A DNA stretch of 52,558 nt from a virus (taxonomy: Duplodnaviria; Caudoviricetes): IMG/VR virus record IMGVR_UViG_3300011115_000889, positions 1 to 52,558 of that record; one strand, written 5' to 3'. How positions within the stretch are numbered: position 1 is the first letter of the stretch; the number at the start of each line of letters is the position of its first letter. Of this stretch, positions 1-8,854 are shown in pieces. The notes under the pieces were generated by a model. It had not been told where the DNA came from. It did no database searches and saw nothing but the letters and a program-made list of their open reading frames with translations. A program made the translations under genes and the position numbers.

Positions 1-11
1 CCTTTAATTGC

Positions 12-233
12 TCAGGTGTCGCTTTTATTGGTTTCATCATTTTCCTCTTCCAAGATTGTATGAGCAAAACTGTTTGGGCAGTACCAAGAAACGCTAGTGT
101 CAAGAACTTTACGAACATAAGTCCAGCCACCTGATTCCCGTTTTCGTGTACCTGTAACATGTCGCCTCTTTTTTTCGATTCGTTCCATGGGAACAACGCG
201 ACCTAGTAGTGGTTCACAAATTTGACAGTTCAT
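12..233 (-). CDS. hypothetical protein with CxxC
   Basis: 73-aa ORF tightly packed in the leftward small-gene run. Confidence 0.55.
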   Translation of the reverse strand: MNCQICEPLLGRVVPMERIEKKRRHVTGTRKRESGGWTYVRKVLDTSVSWYCPNSFAHTILEEENDETNKSDT

Positions 234-235
234 AA

Positions 236-511
236 TTAATCCGCCTTAAAGATTCCTAGTGCCCAACTTGTGTAAGGTTCAGCAAACACACCTTCAACTT
301 TGACAACATCGAATGCTTCGATTGCCCATTCGTAAGGTCCGCTTTCCCAAATGATTGCGTATGGTGCAGTGGTTCCTGACCAGTTCCAATCTTTTACAAG
401 TTTTGGTGCATCAGCGTAGGAATCTAGACCTTCAGTCCAGTAACCCCTGAATCGTTTGGTCACTTGAGCGTATGCTTTTTCTGCTTGCTTCTTAGTTACA
501 GTTGCCATCAT
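236..511 (-). CDS. hypothetical phage protein
   Basis: 91-aa ORF, ATGA overlap with the upstream gene. Confidence 0.7.
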   Translation of the reverse strand: MMATVTKKQAEKAYAQVTKRFRGYWTEGLDSYADAPKLVKDWNWSGTTAPYAIIWESGPYEWAIEAFDVVKVEGVFAEPYTSWALGIFKAD

Positions 512-735
512 GAACCTTCCTTTTCTGCGAATGCTTTGGCTTCTTCAGCCTTGGCTCGTTCGGCTTGAGTTGGGCGGTAGTACGAACTTTGCACCACAAT
601 GTTGCTGAATGGTTTTTTCTGCAAAATCCATACGGCTACTTCTTCGGCGGTTTGGTCGTAGATTGACACAACCTCTTGGTCGGTGAAATTTACGCCTTCT
701 TGTTCGATTCGCACTTTGATGATGAATTTCTTCAT
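508..735 (-). CDS. hypothetical phage protein
   Basis: 75-aa ORF preceded by AGGAAGGA RBS. Confidence 0.7.
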   Translation of the reverse strand: MKKFIIKVRIEQEGVNFTDQEVVSIYDQTAEEVAVWILQKKPFSNIVVQSSYYRPTQAERAKAEEAKAFAEKEGS

Positions 736-739
736 GTTG

Positions 740-826
740 TTATCGTCCTTCCTGACATGGGTGATTTTCTGGAACCATGATGCCTCTACAGTTTGGGCAA
801 ACCATGATTAGAATTTTGCTTTCCAT
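740..826 (-). CDS. 28-aa peptide with CxxC (MESKILIMVCPNCRG...)
   Basis: Translated by hand; first ORF after the promoter cassette at 855-886, AGGAAGGA RBS. Confidence 0.5.
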   Translation of the reverse strand: MESKILIMVCPNCRGIMVPENHPCQEGR

Positions 827-854
827 TTTTTGTCCTTCCTTTTGCCTACACTTA

Positions 855-886
855 ATTGTACCACAACTTGAGTTTAGTTTTTACCA
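855..886 (-). promoter_or_regulatory. repeated early promoter cassette copy
   Basis: Minus strand TGGTAAAAACTAAACTCAAGTTGTGGTACAAT; extended -10 TGnTACAAT. Confidence 0.8.
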
Positions 887-1006
887 CTTTCAAACCACTC
901 AGAAAAGGCGTACTTTAAGCACTTTGGGCACAAAATGTTCCAACCTAAAAAAACCTGTGGGTCATCAGTTGATTTATTACACCACGAACACCTGACAGAA
1001 ACCTCA

Positions 1007-1081
1007 TTACCGATTTCCACGATTAATCCATAACACAATTCCCAAAAGCCAAACCATGACCCCGATAAAAGCCCAAGCCAT
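1007..1081 (-). CDS. 24-aa single-TM peptide (MAWAFIGVMVWLLGIVLWINRGNR)
   Basis: Hand translation; starts 2 nt after the upstream stop; hydrophobic. Confidence 0.4.
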   Translation of the reverse strand: MAWAFIGVMVWLLGIVLWINRGNR

Positions 1082-1083
1082 GA

Positions 1084-1245
1084 TTAATCTTTTTTCATCG
1101 CTTCAACAACAAGAGTTAACGCTTGAGCCTCAGTGAACCCAGCCTGAGTAAAAGATAAAAACAATTCGTGCATCGCAATAGCACCTTGCACCAAAGAATT
1201 ATGTGCTTCACCAAAAATCTTGTTCAGTTCTTCTTCACTAGCCAT
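1084..1245 (-). CDS. hypothetical protein (MASEEELN..., AGFTEAQAL motif)
   Basis: Start trimmed to the ATG with GGGGAGG RBS. Confidence 0.7.
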   Translation of the reverse strand: MASEEELNKIFGEAHNSLVQGAIAMHELFLSFTQAGFTEAQALTLVVEAMKKD

Positions 1246-1597
1246 TAGATTCCTCCCCAGAATTCGTTTCCTCCAACTCAGACAAATAAAAAGCACCCTC
1301 ATGAAAATGAAAAGCACAGCCCTCTGGAGCCTTTTCTTTATTGAGCCAAGTAATTGCACGGTCAGCCAATCCATTCTCGTCAAAAAGCGTTGTAGCCGTT
1401 TCTCGGACTATTCCAAACGCATCAGTGTATTTAGGGAATTCATTTTCAAACGCTTCAACAGCAATTGCATCCGATGGGGTGATTTGATACCCAGCAGTTA
1501 CCGCTAATCGAATTGCACCACTAATGATTCGCCATTCTTGTGATGCGTCAATTAAGCGTCCAACATCTTCTTTAGCAAATACAACAACTTCAGCCAT
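1238..1597 (-). CDS. hypothetical phage protein
   Basis: 119-aa ORF with AAGGA RBS. Confidence 0.7.
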   Translation of the reverse strand: MAEVVVFAKEDVGRLIDASQEWRIISGAIRLAVTAGYQITPSDAIAVEAFENEFPKYTDAFGIVRETATTLFDENGLADRAITWLNKEKAPEGCAFHFHEGAFYLSELEETNSGEESNG

Positions 1598-1624
1598 TTG
1601 AGTTCCTTTTGTAGATTCTTAATA

Positions 1625-1833
1625 AAAGTTTAGAGGCTCCGTGTTTGCAGTGGCGGAGCAACCCACCTCCAAAATCTTAGGGAAATGACAACTAAAAACC
1701 TAAGACTGCAAGGTTCCTGATTACGAATGTCCAAAAAATCCATAAGCAGGAAATCTATGTTCCGTGTTTGCCACTGGCGGAACCACCCAGTTGATGAGCA
1801 ACAATTTTGTGATGGGGTACAAAACTGTTGCCA
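1625..1833 (-). ncRNA. candidate structured ncRNA or leader (five consecutive hairpins)
   Basis: Stems at 1798-1831, 1759-1783, 1714-1752, 1674-1706 and 1636-1659; wobble pairs are G-U on the minus strand; TACAAT at 1844-1839 just upstream. Confidence 0.55.
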
Positions 1834-1847
1834 GCAAGATTGTAAGA

Positions 1848-2075
1848 CTAAACCACTTCTAGAGCGATTAGCACATCGTCAATTGTGGTGTCTAAAGCAG
1901 TTGCCATAACGGGGAGCATGTCAATACTTGGGCGATTCTCAAAAGTGAAATACCGATAAAGGTTTCCACGGTTGATGCTCATTTGACTTGCCACTGCTTC
2001 TAACGATTTGTAGCCATTGCGTTCCATTTCGGTGCGTAGCCACTTCATGCCAGTTAGTTTTTTACTTTTCGCCAT
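1848..2075 (-). CDS. XRE/Cro-like HTH transcriptional regulator
   Basis: SLEAVASQMSINRGNLYRYFTFENRPSIDML...ALD is a typical HTH_3 pattern. Confidence 0.8.
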   Translation of the reverse strand: MAKSKKLTGMKWLRTEMERNGYKSLEAVASQMSINRGNLYRYFTFENRPSIDMLPVMATALDTTIDDVLIALEVV

Positions 2076-2229
2076 TTTGACCAAAGTTCCTTTCCCACAA
2101 AGTTTGTGGAGTTTCGGGGTTTTTGCATTCTGTACAAATAATGGAACCTGTCACTTTTGTGAGGATTACATCATTTGCAGTTTTGATTACAAAGTGTGGG
2201 CACTCTGTACCAAATTGATTTGTCACCAT
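2062..2229 (-). CDS. small Cys-containing hypothetical protein
   Basis: CPH...CTEC; fills the gap between neighbours. Confidence 0.45.
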   Translation of the reverse strand: MVTNQFGTECPHFVIKTANDVILTKVTGSIICTECKNPETPQTLWERNFGQNGEK

Positions 2230-2645
2230 TACGGCAACTGGTATTTGTATTCGGGACACAAATTAATTACAGCACCAGCAATCATTGATGCTACAAATTC
2301 AATGTCATTATCAGTTGTGTAATCCCCAGTAGAGATTAGATAATCCGAAACATCACTGACCGTGTTGCCTTCATCAAGTGTGTCGCAGACAATGTGACCC
2401 ACTGAAACAATTTGCTCATCTGGGTTACTTTCAATAACCGAGTTATTCACATTATGAACATCAAACAAAAATTCTTCTTCAGCGTTTGTGTATCCACTAT
2501 CAACTGGAGTATCAATTGGGGTTTCAACAACAGTGGTGTCTGTGGTGTCTGTTGTATCTGTCGCTGATGTTGACCCACCACCGCAAGCGGTTAGTGATAG
2601 CACCAGCAGTGCAGAGCCGATTACGGCTATTAGGGGTTTCTTCAT
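2229..2645 (-). CDS. lipoprotein, DUF732-like
   Basis: Signal peptide with lipobox LTA-C, Thr/Asp linker, GHIVCDTLDEG...AVINLCPEY. Confidence 0.7.
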   Translation of the reverse strand: MKKPLIAVIGSALLVLSLTACGGGSTSATDTTDTTDTTVVETPIDTPVDSGYTNAEEEFLFDVHNVNNSVIESNPDEQIVSVGHIVCDTLDEGNTVSDVSDYLISTGDYTTDNDIEFVASMIAGAVINLCPEYKYQLP

Positions 2646-2707
2646 TTGTTTCCTCTCATAGGGGTTAGTTGTAAATGTAGCATCAATGTTAGTTTTAAAC
2701 AACATTA

Positions 2708-2896
2708 TCAGAACGGTGTGTCATTTTTCAGTTCATCATCAAAATCGCATTTTGGACAATCGAACCAATACTTTTTCCAATCATCAACACGAACATCTGT
2801 GACTTCATCAAAATCACATTTCTCATTCGGGCATGAAACTTTAATTGCAATGTCATACGACAAAGTTCCCGACCCACGCCATTCATCAGGATTCAT
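2708..2896 (-). CDS. small zinc-ribbon protein
   Basis: CPNEKC...CPKC. Confidence 0.55.
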   Translation of the reverse strand: MNPDEWRGSGTLSYDIAIKVSCPNEKCDFDEVTDVRVDDWKKYWFDCPKCDFDDELKNDTPF

Positions 2897-3068
2897 TCGA
2901 CACCAACAATTCATTTAAAGTTTCCTGCAATTGAACAAGACGCTCTTTCATCTTTGTCAGTTCACAAGAACATCCATCCCAATCACGGATACGCATTTCG
3001 TAAACCGAAATGTTATGTTCTAACAGTTCACGACTATTGGCGTATTCGATGTTGTATTTGTTTTTCAT
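2886..3068 (-). CDS. hypothetical protein
   Basis: 60-aa ORF packed in the operon. Confidence 0.55.
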   Translation of the reverse strand: MKNKYNIEYANSRELLEHNISVYEMRIRDWDGCSCELTKMKERLVQLQETLNELLVSNES

Positions 3069-3070
3069 TC

Positions 3071-3283
3071 CTAGTCCTCCTCTAAGACTTTGACAATTTG
3101 GTCAGCCCAACCCCAAACGAGTTCGACTTTCCCGTTGTGATGTTCGGGTAATGTTTCGCCAAGGAATACACCTTGACTGTTTTCGATTTCGATACTGGTA
3201 ACTTCGATTGATAAAAGTTGACCTGAGTTGTTTCGGTATTGAATCTTGTTACCGATTTTGACATTAAACTTTTCCATGTCCAT
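3071..3283 (-). CDS. hypothetical protein (small beta-rich domain)
   Basis: 70-aa ORF, AAAGGA RBS. Confidence 0.6.
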   Translation of the reverse strand: MDMEKFNVKIGNKIQYRNNSGQLLSIEVTSIEIENSQGVFLGETLPEHHNGKVELVWGWADQIVKVLEED

Positions 3284-4193
3284 CCTTTCGTTTTTGATTT
3301 GATTGACATTCTTCTATTCCCATCACCAACGATGCCCAAGCAAACGGAGTTGCATCATCTGGACGGTATCCACCAGCACCACCAACAAGTATTGGCATGT
3401 TTGGAAAATTCTTGCGTATCATCCAACCAACAGATTCGTAATCATTGAGTTGATACTGCAACTCTGATAACGGGTCAAGGGCATGCCCATCAGCACCACC
3501 AGCAATAAAAATGTAATCAGGATTAAATTCCAAAGCCCTTTCAATAAAATCCTCAACACATTTAATCAATGCACGACCATCAGAGTTCGGGAACAATGGG
3601 CTGTTATAAACATTCTTTGTAACATTGTTGTAAAAACCAGTGTTAGGAAAAATGCCAGCCTCATGAATTGAATGCGTTAAAACATTTGGGTTATCAGCCG
3701 TTAGGTTTTCTGTCCCATCACCGTGATGTGCGTCAATGTCCAAGATAGCAACCTTGTGCCCATCATCAGTTAGCAACTTTGATGCAATAGCAAAATCATT
3801 AAACACACAGAATCCTGAAGAGGAATCAAATTGTGCATGATGTTTTGCACCCGTCAAATTCACTGCCGTTAAATGATTACCCCTGCGGAGTCCATCCAAT
3901 GCTGTAAGTGTTGATGCAACAAACTTTAATGCCAACGCTGACATGTCTGGTCGCTGACCAGTCCATTCATTACATTGATTGCCCTGTAAAACTTGAGCAA
4001 CATAAAGTGAGTCATGCACAGTTGTTAAAATTTGTGGGTCAATGTCAAAGGGTTTTATTTCTTCAACTTGAATACCAGCGTATTTTGCTGATTCAATAAT
4101 GGCGTTTCGCCCGTTGATAAATCTACGACCTTGAGTTGGATGCGTTTTGCTAAACACCCAGTTATTAAAATCTTCATCATGTACTAATAACAT
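3264..4193 (-). CDS. histone deacetylase family (AcuC-like) Zn-dependent deacetylase
   Basis: HHA, GFCVFND, LDIDAHHGDGT, GADGHALDPL and GGY motifs all present. Confidence 0.92.
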   Translation of the reverse strand: MLLVHDEDFNNWVFSKTHPTQGRRFINGRNAIIESAKYAGIQVEEIKPFDIDPQILTTVHDSLYVAQVLQGNQCNEWTGQRPDMSALALKFVASTLTALDGLRRGNHLTAVNLTGAKHHAQFDSSSGFCVFNDFAIASKLLTDDGHKVAILDIDAHHGDGTENLTADNPNVLTHSIHEAGIFPNTGFYNNVTKNVYNSPLFPNSDGRALIKCVEDFIERALEFNPDYIFIAGGADGHALDPLSELQYQLNDYESVGWMIRKNFPNMPILVGGAGGYRPDDATPFAWASLVMGIEECQSNQKRKDGHGKV

Positions 4194-4227
4194 TTTCGTC
4201 CTTCCTGTTGTTTATACGATACCACGG

Positions 4228-4446
4228 CTACATGCCAAAAACAAAATTAACCATTTCGCTCTTGCTACTAAACACTTTTTCAATCTCGCCATTGAGTTGC
4301 GGAACAGGATTACCCATTCCATCAACCTCCCAACATGCCCAAGTTTTTGTTCGGGGATTGTATCGGCACATAAAGTTGTAGCCGATAGGTTTTGATTCGT
4401 ATTGTCGGGGAGTTCGATTTATGTCGTCACCGTGGTAAAGCCTCAT
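4228..4446 (-). CDS. hypothetical protein
   Basis: 72-aa ORF, GGAGG-like RBS, ATGA overlap. Confidence 0.55.
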   Translation of the reverse strand: MRLYHGDDINRTPRQYESKPIGYNFMCRYNPRTKTWACWEVDGMGNPVPQLNGEIEKVFSSKSEMVNFVFGM

Positions 4447-5234
4447 GCAACCTCTTCCGTTATTTGTTTCTTGGTCTTGTACCGAGGTGGGAATTTCACC
4501 ACACCTTGCTTGTACAGTTGGCTCCCAATTATTCCATCCACATTGTAGCCATACTTGGTGACTTCATAGAACGAGATTCTTGTTTTCCATCGGCGTTCAG
4601 TGACATCTTTCATTGCTTTATAAAAGGTTTCATCGTGTGCCGAACAACGACCATTCCGACCCTTCGGGTATCGAACGCCAACAGCCATGTGCGTCAATTC
4701 GTGTAGCAACAATGTCCAAGTACTAAATTCGCTTCCTTGTTTCTTCACCACAATGCCACGCCATGATTGACCAACATGTGCCCAACCTAAGTTGCCCCTG
4801 TAATTGTTGTTCCGAATCTCAATCGGCGGTAACGCCCGACCACGGTGATACGGTTCCAACAATTTCCAAAGCCTCACGGCTTCTTTAGGAATGTTCAAAT
4901 CGCCAATCCAGTTCAATTCGGCTTTAGCAATTTTCTTTTGCCGTTCAGCCGTTAATCGTTGCTCACGCCAAATTGCTTGTTGGGCTTTTGTTTTTTCTGC
5001 TTGCTTCTTTTTGATTGCGGATTCTTTTTTCCGCTTGGCAGTTTGCTTTGCCACTTGTTTGGTTTTTGATGCGTCACGCTGTTTCTCAAGTGCAGGTGCA
5101 GTTCGCTGAACCAGCACTCCAGATTTTGCAGAACACGGCAAACAGTATCGTTTGACATCATTCATGCGTGGGCGTGACGAGTTCAAAACACCACTGTTGC
5201 ACGATGGGCATTTCCATCGAACTTGCTTTGTCAT
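4443..5234 (-). CDS. SprT-like zinc metallopeptidase with N-terminal zinc ribbon
   Basis: CPSC...CLPC, LLHELTH, AHDETF; start set at the ATG after GGGAGG. Confidence 0.75.
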   Translation of the reverse strand: MTKQVRWKCPSCNSGVLNSSRPRMNDVKRYCLPCSAKSGVLVQRTAPALEKQRDASKTKQVAKQTAKRKKESAIKKKQAEKTKAQQAIWREQRLTAERQKKIAKAELNWIGDLNIPKEAVRLWKLLEPYHRGRALPPIEIRNNNYRGNLGWAHVGQSWRGIVVKKQGSEFSTWTLLLHELTHMAVGVRYPKGRNGRCSAHDETFYKAMKDVTERRWKTRISFYEVTKYGYNVDGIIGSQLYKQGVVKFPPRYKTKKQITEEVA

Positions 5235-5325
5235 GTTTCCTCCCACATACTCAGTTTAGCAGGTCCACTGACTATAAACAAATTAGGGGTTTAGTTTAGG
5301 TATGCCAAAAACCCTTTAATACCAA

Positions 5326-5357
5326 TGGTAATAACTAAACCAAAGTTGTGGTACAAT
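5326..5357 (+). promoter_or_regulatory. repeated early promoter cassette copy
   Basis: TGGTAATAACTAAACCAAAGTTGTGGTACAAT followed by AGGAGG RBS. Confidence 0.85.
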
Positions 5358-5374
5358 GGAAGTAGGAGGTACGA

Positions 5375-5599
5375 ATGACAAAAACCAAATTGTCTAGGGA
5401 AGAACTTCTAAAGCAGTACGGCGTTCAAAAACGAAAGTCAAAAGAAAAACTGCCAACCTATGCAGAAGTTCAACAAGGTCACTTAGACCGACACAAAAAT
5501 GCGAACGGCAATTGTGCCGTTTGTAAAGAAGTAATCGGTGGAGTTGAAAAACAGCAAGCGTATCCATGTGCATCGCTACGCAGGGTCAATCTTGGATAG
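5375..5599 (+). CDS. hypothetical protein with H/C zinc-binding pattern
   Basis: H..CAVC..YPC; own promoter and RBS. Confidence 0.7.
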   Translation: MTKTKLSREELLKQYGVQKRKSKEKLPTYAEVQQGHLDRHKNANGNCAVCKEVIGGVEKQQAYPCASLRRVNLG

Positions 5600-5631
5600 T
5601 GGTAATAACTAAACCAAAAGTGTGTTACAAT
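5600..5631 (+). promoter_or_regulatory. repeated early promoter cassette copy
   Basis: TGGTAATAACTAAACCAAAAGTGTGTTACAAT. Confidence 0.85.
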
Positions 5632-5659
5632 GAAGTGTAGGGCAAAAGGGAGGAAAAAA

Positions 5660-5926
5660 ATGAAGTTCATTACAGACGATAGTCACGGGTGGTTGGCAGT
5701 TTCAATTAAAGATTACCCACAAGCAAAAAATTTCGGCACGGGCTACGGATACATTGATAAGAAAAATAGCGTCATCTATTTGGAAACCGATTGTGAGGCT
5801 TGGGAATTCTTGCGAGCCGAAGGCAAATGGGAAGATGCAAAAAATTTCCCAGTTACCAACATTGACGGGCAAGCGTTTGTTCGGAAGTTTGAACATAATG
5901 AAGCAATTTTCAGTTACAACTTTTAA
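5660..5926 (+). CDS. hypothetical phage protein (DDSHGWL...YLETDC)
   Basis: ATG after GGGAGG RBS. Confidence 0.75.
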   Translation: MKFITDDSHGWLAVSIKDYPQAKNFGTGYGYIDKKNSVIYLETDCEAWEFLRAEGKWEDAKNFPVTNIDGQAFVRKFEHNEAIFSYNF

Positions 5927-5956
5927 CTAAATAAAAATGTCAGGAAGGACAAAAAA

Positions 5957-6355
5957 ATGACAACAACAAAACAAGTTCGTGAAGCAAAGTTTCAAGCAAT
6001 CTGGGACGAAGCAGATAAGGCTGGTAAAGCAAATGCTGAAAAATGTATTCCAGTTCCGATGGTAGTCGGCACTCCGACCAGTTTCCTTGGCAGTGACATT
6101 GACTACACCAAGAAAACATACTTTGTCGCTGGTGGTGTGTGTGGATTTGCTGAAATCAATTTTGCTGGTAACACCAGTTTTGGTCGGTGGGCAAAAAACG
6201 CAGGATTAGCCAAGAAAAATTATTCTGGCGGTCTTTATGTGTGGGTTAGCGATTACGGTCAATCCATGGAAATCAAGCAAGCGTATGCCCGTGCTTTCGC
6301 TCAAGTGTTGCGTGATAACGGTATTGACGCTTCATCATCTAGTCGAATGGATTAG
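5957..6355 (+). CDS. conserved hypothetical phage protein
   Basis: GVCGFA...QSMEIK.AYARAFA..L...GI...SRMD pattern; AGGAAGGA RBS. Confidence 0.8.
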   Translation: MTTTKQVREAKFQAIWDEADKAGKANAEKCIPVPMVVGTPTSFLGSDIDYTKKTYFVAGGVCGFAEINFAGNTSFGRWAKNAGLAKKNYSGGLYVWVSDYGQSMEIKQAYARAFAQVLRDNGIDASSSSRMD

Positions 6356-6356
6356 T

Positions 6357-6388
6357 TGGTAATAACTAAACCAAAAGTGTGTTACACT
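6357..6388 (+). promoter_or_regulatory. repeated early promoter cassette copy
   Basis: TGGTAATAACTAAACCAAAAGTGTGTTACACT. Confidence 0.85.
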
Positions 6389-6414
6389 GAAAGTGTCAAC
6401 AGGAAGGACAAAAA

Positions 6415-7341
6415 ATGACCGACATAAAAACTCTCGCAGTTGCTACCGATACAGCAATTGCAGAAGAACTATTTAAACTTGGTCGTGCAGAATCTCAAAT
6501 CGAAAGATACGAATCAGAAATTTATTGGTCTGCTAATGCTAAATACGAAATTATCAAATTCCAACGGGTTTACACCGAATCAATCGGAAGCGTGATTGAT
6601 GGCGTGAGTTCAGAAAACACTCGCGTTCAGGAAATCATTGCCAAGTACCGACAGGCACGAATCGAAGCAAATGAAATCCGAATCCGCATCAGCAACTTGA
6701 ATGCAATTTATCTTCAGCACAAATGGACACGGGCTTACCTTGTAACCAACACCAACGGGCATGTTCACAAAAACCAAAAATGTTCAACCTGTTTCCCTTC
6801 AACAAATTATTTGTGGTTGACCCAATACAGTGGCTCACCTGAAGAAGAAATTGTTTCGGATGCTGGTCAGGATGCTTGTACTGTGTGGTATCCATCGGCT
6901 CCTGCTGAAGTTCTTAACCGTCCATCAGTGATTGTTACTGAAGAGAAGTTGGAAAAAGAAGCAAGGAAGAATGAACGGGCTGAAGCCAAAAAGGTTCGTG
7001 AAGCAAAACGAATTGCATCGGCTCCAACAGTTGACGGTTCGGAACTTTTGGTTGCCGATGGTTGGAAAAAGCAGAACGGCGATTTTCGTGTGGAAGAGTT
7101 GAAAACTGAACGCACGGCTCGCATTTGGTATGTTGACAAAGCCGAGAGTTTGGCACTGTATGACACAAAGCCTGAAGATGAGGTTGCGGTTATCAGGGAA
7201 TCTTTGGAAAAGATTTTGTCAGCCCTTGCTGGTAAACATGGGGTTTCAGTTGACGCGGTTCGTGCCGACCTAGACAAGAAGGTTGCGAAGCGAGTTAAGG
7301 ATGCTTTGAAAGCCCGTGAATCTTGGAAGAGTTTGCTCTAA
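6415..7341 (+). CDS. conserved actinophage hypothetical protein (GHVH..CSTC zinc site)
   Basis: 308-aa ORF, RBS, WTRAYLV..GHVH..CSTC. Confidence 0.8.
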   Translation: MTDIKTLAVATDTAIAEELFKLGRAESQIERYESEIYWSANAKYEIIKFQRVYTESIGSVIDGVSSENTRVQEIIAKYRQARIEANEIRIRISNLNAIYLQHKWTRAYLVTNTNGHVHKNQKCSTCFPSTNYLWLTQYSGSPEEEIVSDAGQDACTVWYPSAPAEVLNRPSVIVTEEKLEKEARKNERAEAKKVREAKRIASAPTVDGSELLVADGWKKQNGDFRVEELKTERTARIWYVDKAESLALYDTKPEDEVAVIRESLEKILSALAGKHGVSVDAVRADLDKKVAKRVKDALKARESWKSLL

Positions 7342-7342
7342 T

Positions 7343-7374
7343 TGGTAATAACTAAACCAAAAGTGTGTTACAAT
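7343..7374 (+). promoter_or_regulatory. repeated early promoter cassette copy
   Basis: TGGTAATAACTAAACCAAAAGTGTGTTACAAT. Confidence 0.85.
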
Positions 7375-7404
7375 TAGAGTGTAGGGAACGGAAGGACGGA
7401 AAAC

Positions 7405-7734
7405 ATGGAAAATCAAAAACCACTTGCAGTAGGGGACATTATTTATGCTTGCTACGGATACGATGCAACATTTTACAATTTCTACCAAGTAATTGGTGAA
7501 ACTGCTAAAAGCGTCAAGGTGCGTCAAGTCGCAGTAAAAAAGGAATACGGAAATTACTCCGATTATGTATCACCAATTGCAAACGAATTTGTTGGGGATG
7601 CGATTACTCGCCGAGTCAAAATAAATGGCGAAGGTGCAAATAACTGGATTGTAAAAATCAGTGATTACATCTGGTCATTCAATAAATGGACAGGACAAGA
7701 AAGTCTTGGACAAAGCCCAGTTGGAACCTACTAG
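7405..7734 (+). CDS. hypothetical phage protein (VGDI..YGYD..FYQV)
   Basis: 109-aa ORF with promoter and RBS. Confidence 0.8.
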   Translation: MENQKPLAVGDIIYACYGYDATFYNFYQVIGETAKSVKVRQVAVKKEYGNYSDYVSPIANEFVGDAITRRVKINGEGANNWIVKISDYIWSFNKWTGQESLGQSPVGTY

Positions 7735-7747
7735 GAAAGAGGAAAAC

Positions 7748-8107
7748 ATGACAAAGCAAGAAACCCGACCATTTGACCCACAAGTGCTTAAAGCACAAAT
7801 TGGAATTGGTAACATTCTTGCCATTTCTGGTGGACGCTTTTACATTGACGGTGCCACATTCCAAGATGGAAAAACTCAGCAAGTCGAATTGCCAGTAGCC
7901 TACGGATACCGAGTTCGCATTTTCCTTGCATGGGATGACACTTACACCGTTCAACGAGTTATCGTGAAAAACACCAAAAAGGGAATTAGCGAAAACATTA
8001 AAGGTTCAGTTGAAGGTGTGTATTTTGACCAAGTTGGTGAAGTGGCTTATTACGCAAGTTGTTTCCAATCACATCCCGAATTCGGTCAAACAGTAGAAAT
8101 TAACTAG
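7748..8107 (+). CDS. hypothetical actinophage protein
   Basis: QIG..NILAISGG..LPV..GYRV..DDTYTVQR; start after GAGGA. Confidence 0.8.
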   Translation: MTKQETRPFDPQVLKAQIGIGNILAISGGRFYIDGATFQDGKTQQVELPVAYGYRVRIFLAWDDTYTVQRVIVKNTKKGISENIKGSVEGVYFDQVGEVAYYASCFQSHPEFGQTVEIN

Positions 8108-8118
8108 GAAGGAAAAAC

Positions 8119-8292
8119 ATGTCAGAGCAAGCAAAATACCAATTATTCCGTGACGGCAAATTTATTACGGAATTTGAATACAGCAATCTAGGAATGTGCC
8201 AGTTCCTAAAATACATCCACCAAAATCATTCATACTCGGCTGATTGGGCTTTGAAGCATGAAGGTTACGAACTGAAAGCAATAGGCATTTAA
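8119..8292 (+). CDS. 57-aa hypothetical protein
   Basis: Hand translation MSEQAKYQLFRDGK...; AGGAAGGA RBS. Confidence 0.65.
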   Translation: MSEQAKYQLFRDGKFITEFEYSNLGMCQFLKYIHQNHSYSADWALKHEGYELKAIGI

Positions 8293-8293
8293 C

Positions 8294-8854
8294 ATGACCC
8301 AGCAACCCCCATTCAAATGTCCCCGATGTGGCGACATTAGCAAAATACCACCAGTCCCATCTCGGACAGATAACAAAACCCGTATCTGCTCCGATTGTGG
8401 ACGCTTTGAAGCATTAGAGCAGTTCGTCAATGCATTAACGCCACAAACAGATTGGGTCGCAAATAATTTCGATGCGGATTTCCCACTTTTGCCATACGGC
8501 GACACTTCGGGATGGTCAGGTTCTGAAACCTCTAAAGCCCGTGCCATTTCTGAAGATTCTGATGGTACGACCAGTAAACGGCAAAAAGACACAATTAAGG
8601 CGTTGGCTGGTGCTGGTATTCTGGGGTTAACTTGGAAAGAGTTGGCTTCCCACTTTGGCTGGCATCATGGTCAAGCAACAAGTGTGTTGTCGGTTCTGCA
8701 CCTAGAAAACCGAATAAACCGACTAACAGAGAAACGCAGTCGTTCTGCGGTGTATGTGTTGCCTGAGTTCGTCAACGAGCGTCAGACAAGCCCTCACGGG
8801 CGTAAGAAACGCATTCACACATGCAGTAACTGTGGACATAGCGAGGATTCATGA
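8294..8854 (+). CDS. zinc-ribbon / winged-HTH protein
   Basis: CPRC..CSDC N-terminus, GLTWKELA..HHGQA..LS.LH, C-terminal CSNC. Confidence 0.7.
   Translation: MTQQPPFKCPRCGDISKIPPVPSRTDNKTRICSDCGRFEALEQFVNALTPQTDWVANNFDADFPLLPYGDTSGWSGSETSKARAISEDSDGTTSKRQKDTIKALAGAGILGLTWKELASHFGWHHGQATSVLSVLHLENRINRLTEKRSRSAVYVLPEFVNERQTSPHGRKKRIHTCSNCGHSEDS

Noticed and set aside
1727-1909. 60-aa plus-strand ORF over the hairpin region
   Set aside because: Opposite to local gene direction, overlaps the HTH gene and has no RBS
5326-7374. 32-bp repeats as a mini-CRISPR array
   Set aside because: The intervening sequences are whole genes, and the repeat contains an extended -10 followed by an RBS
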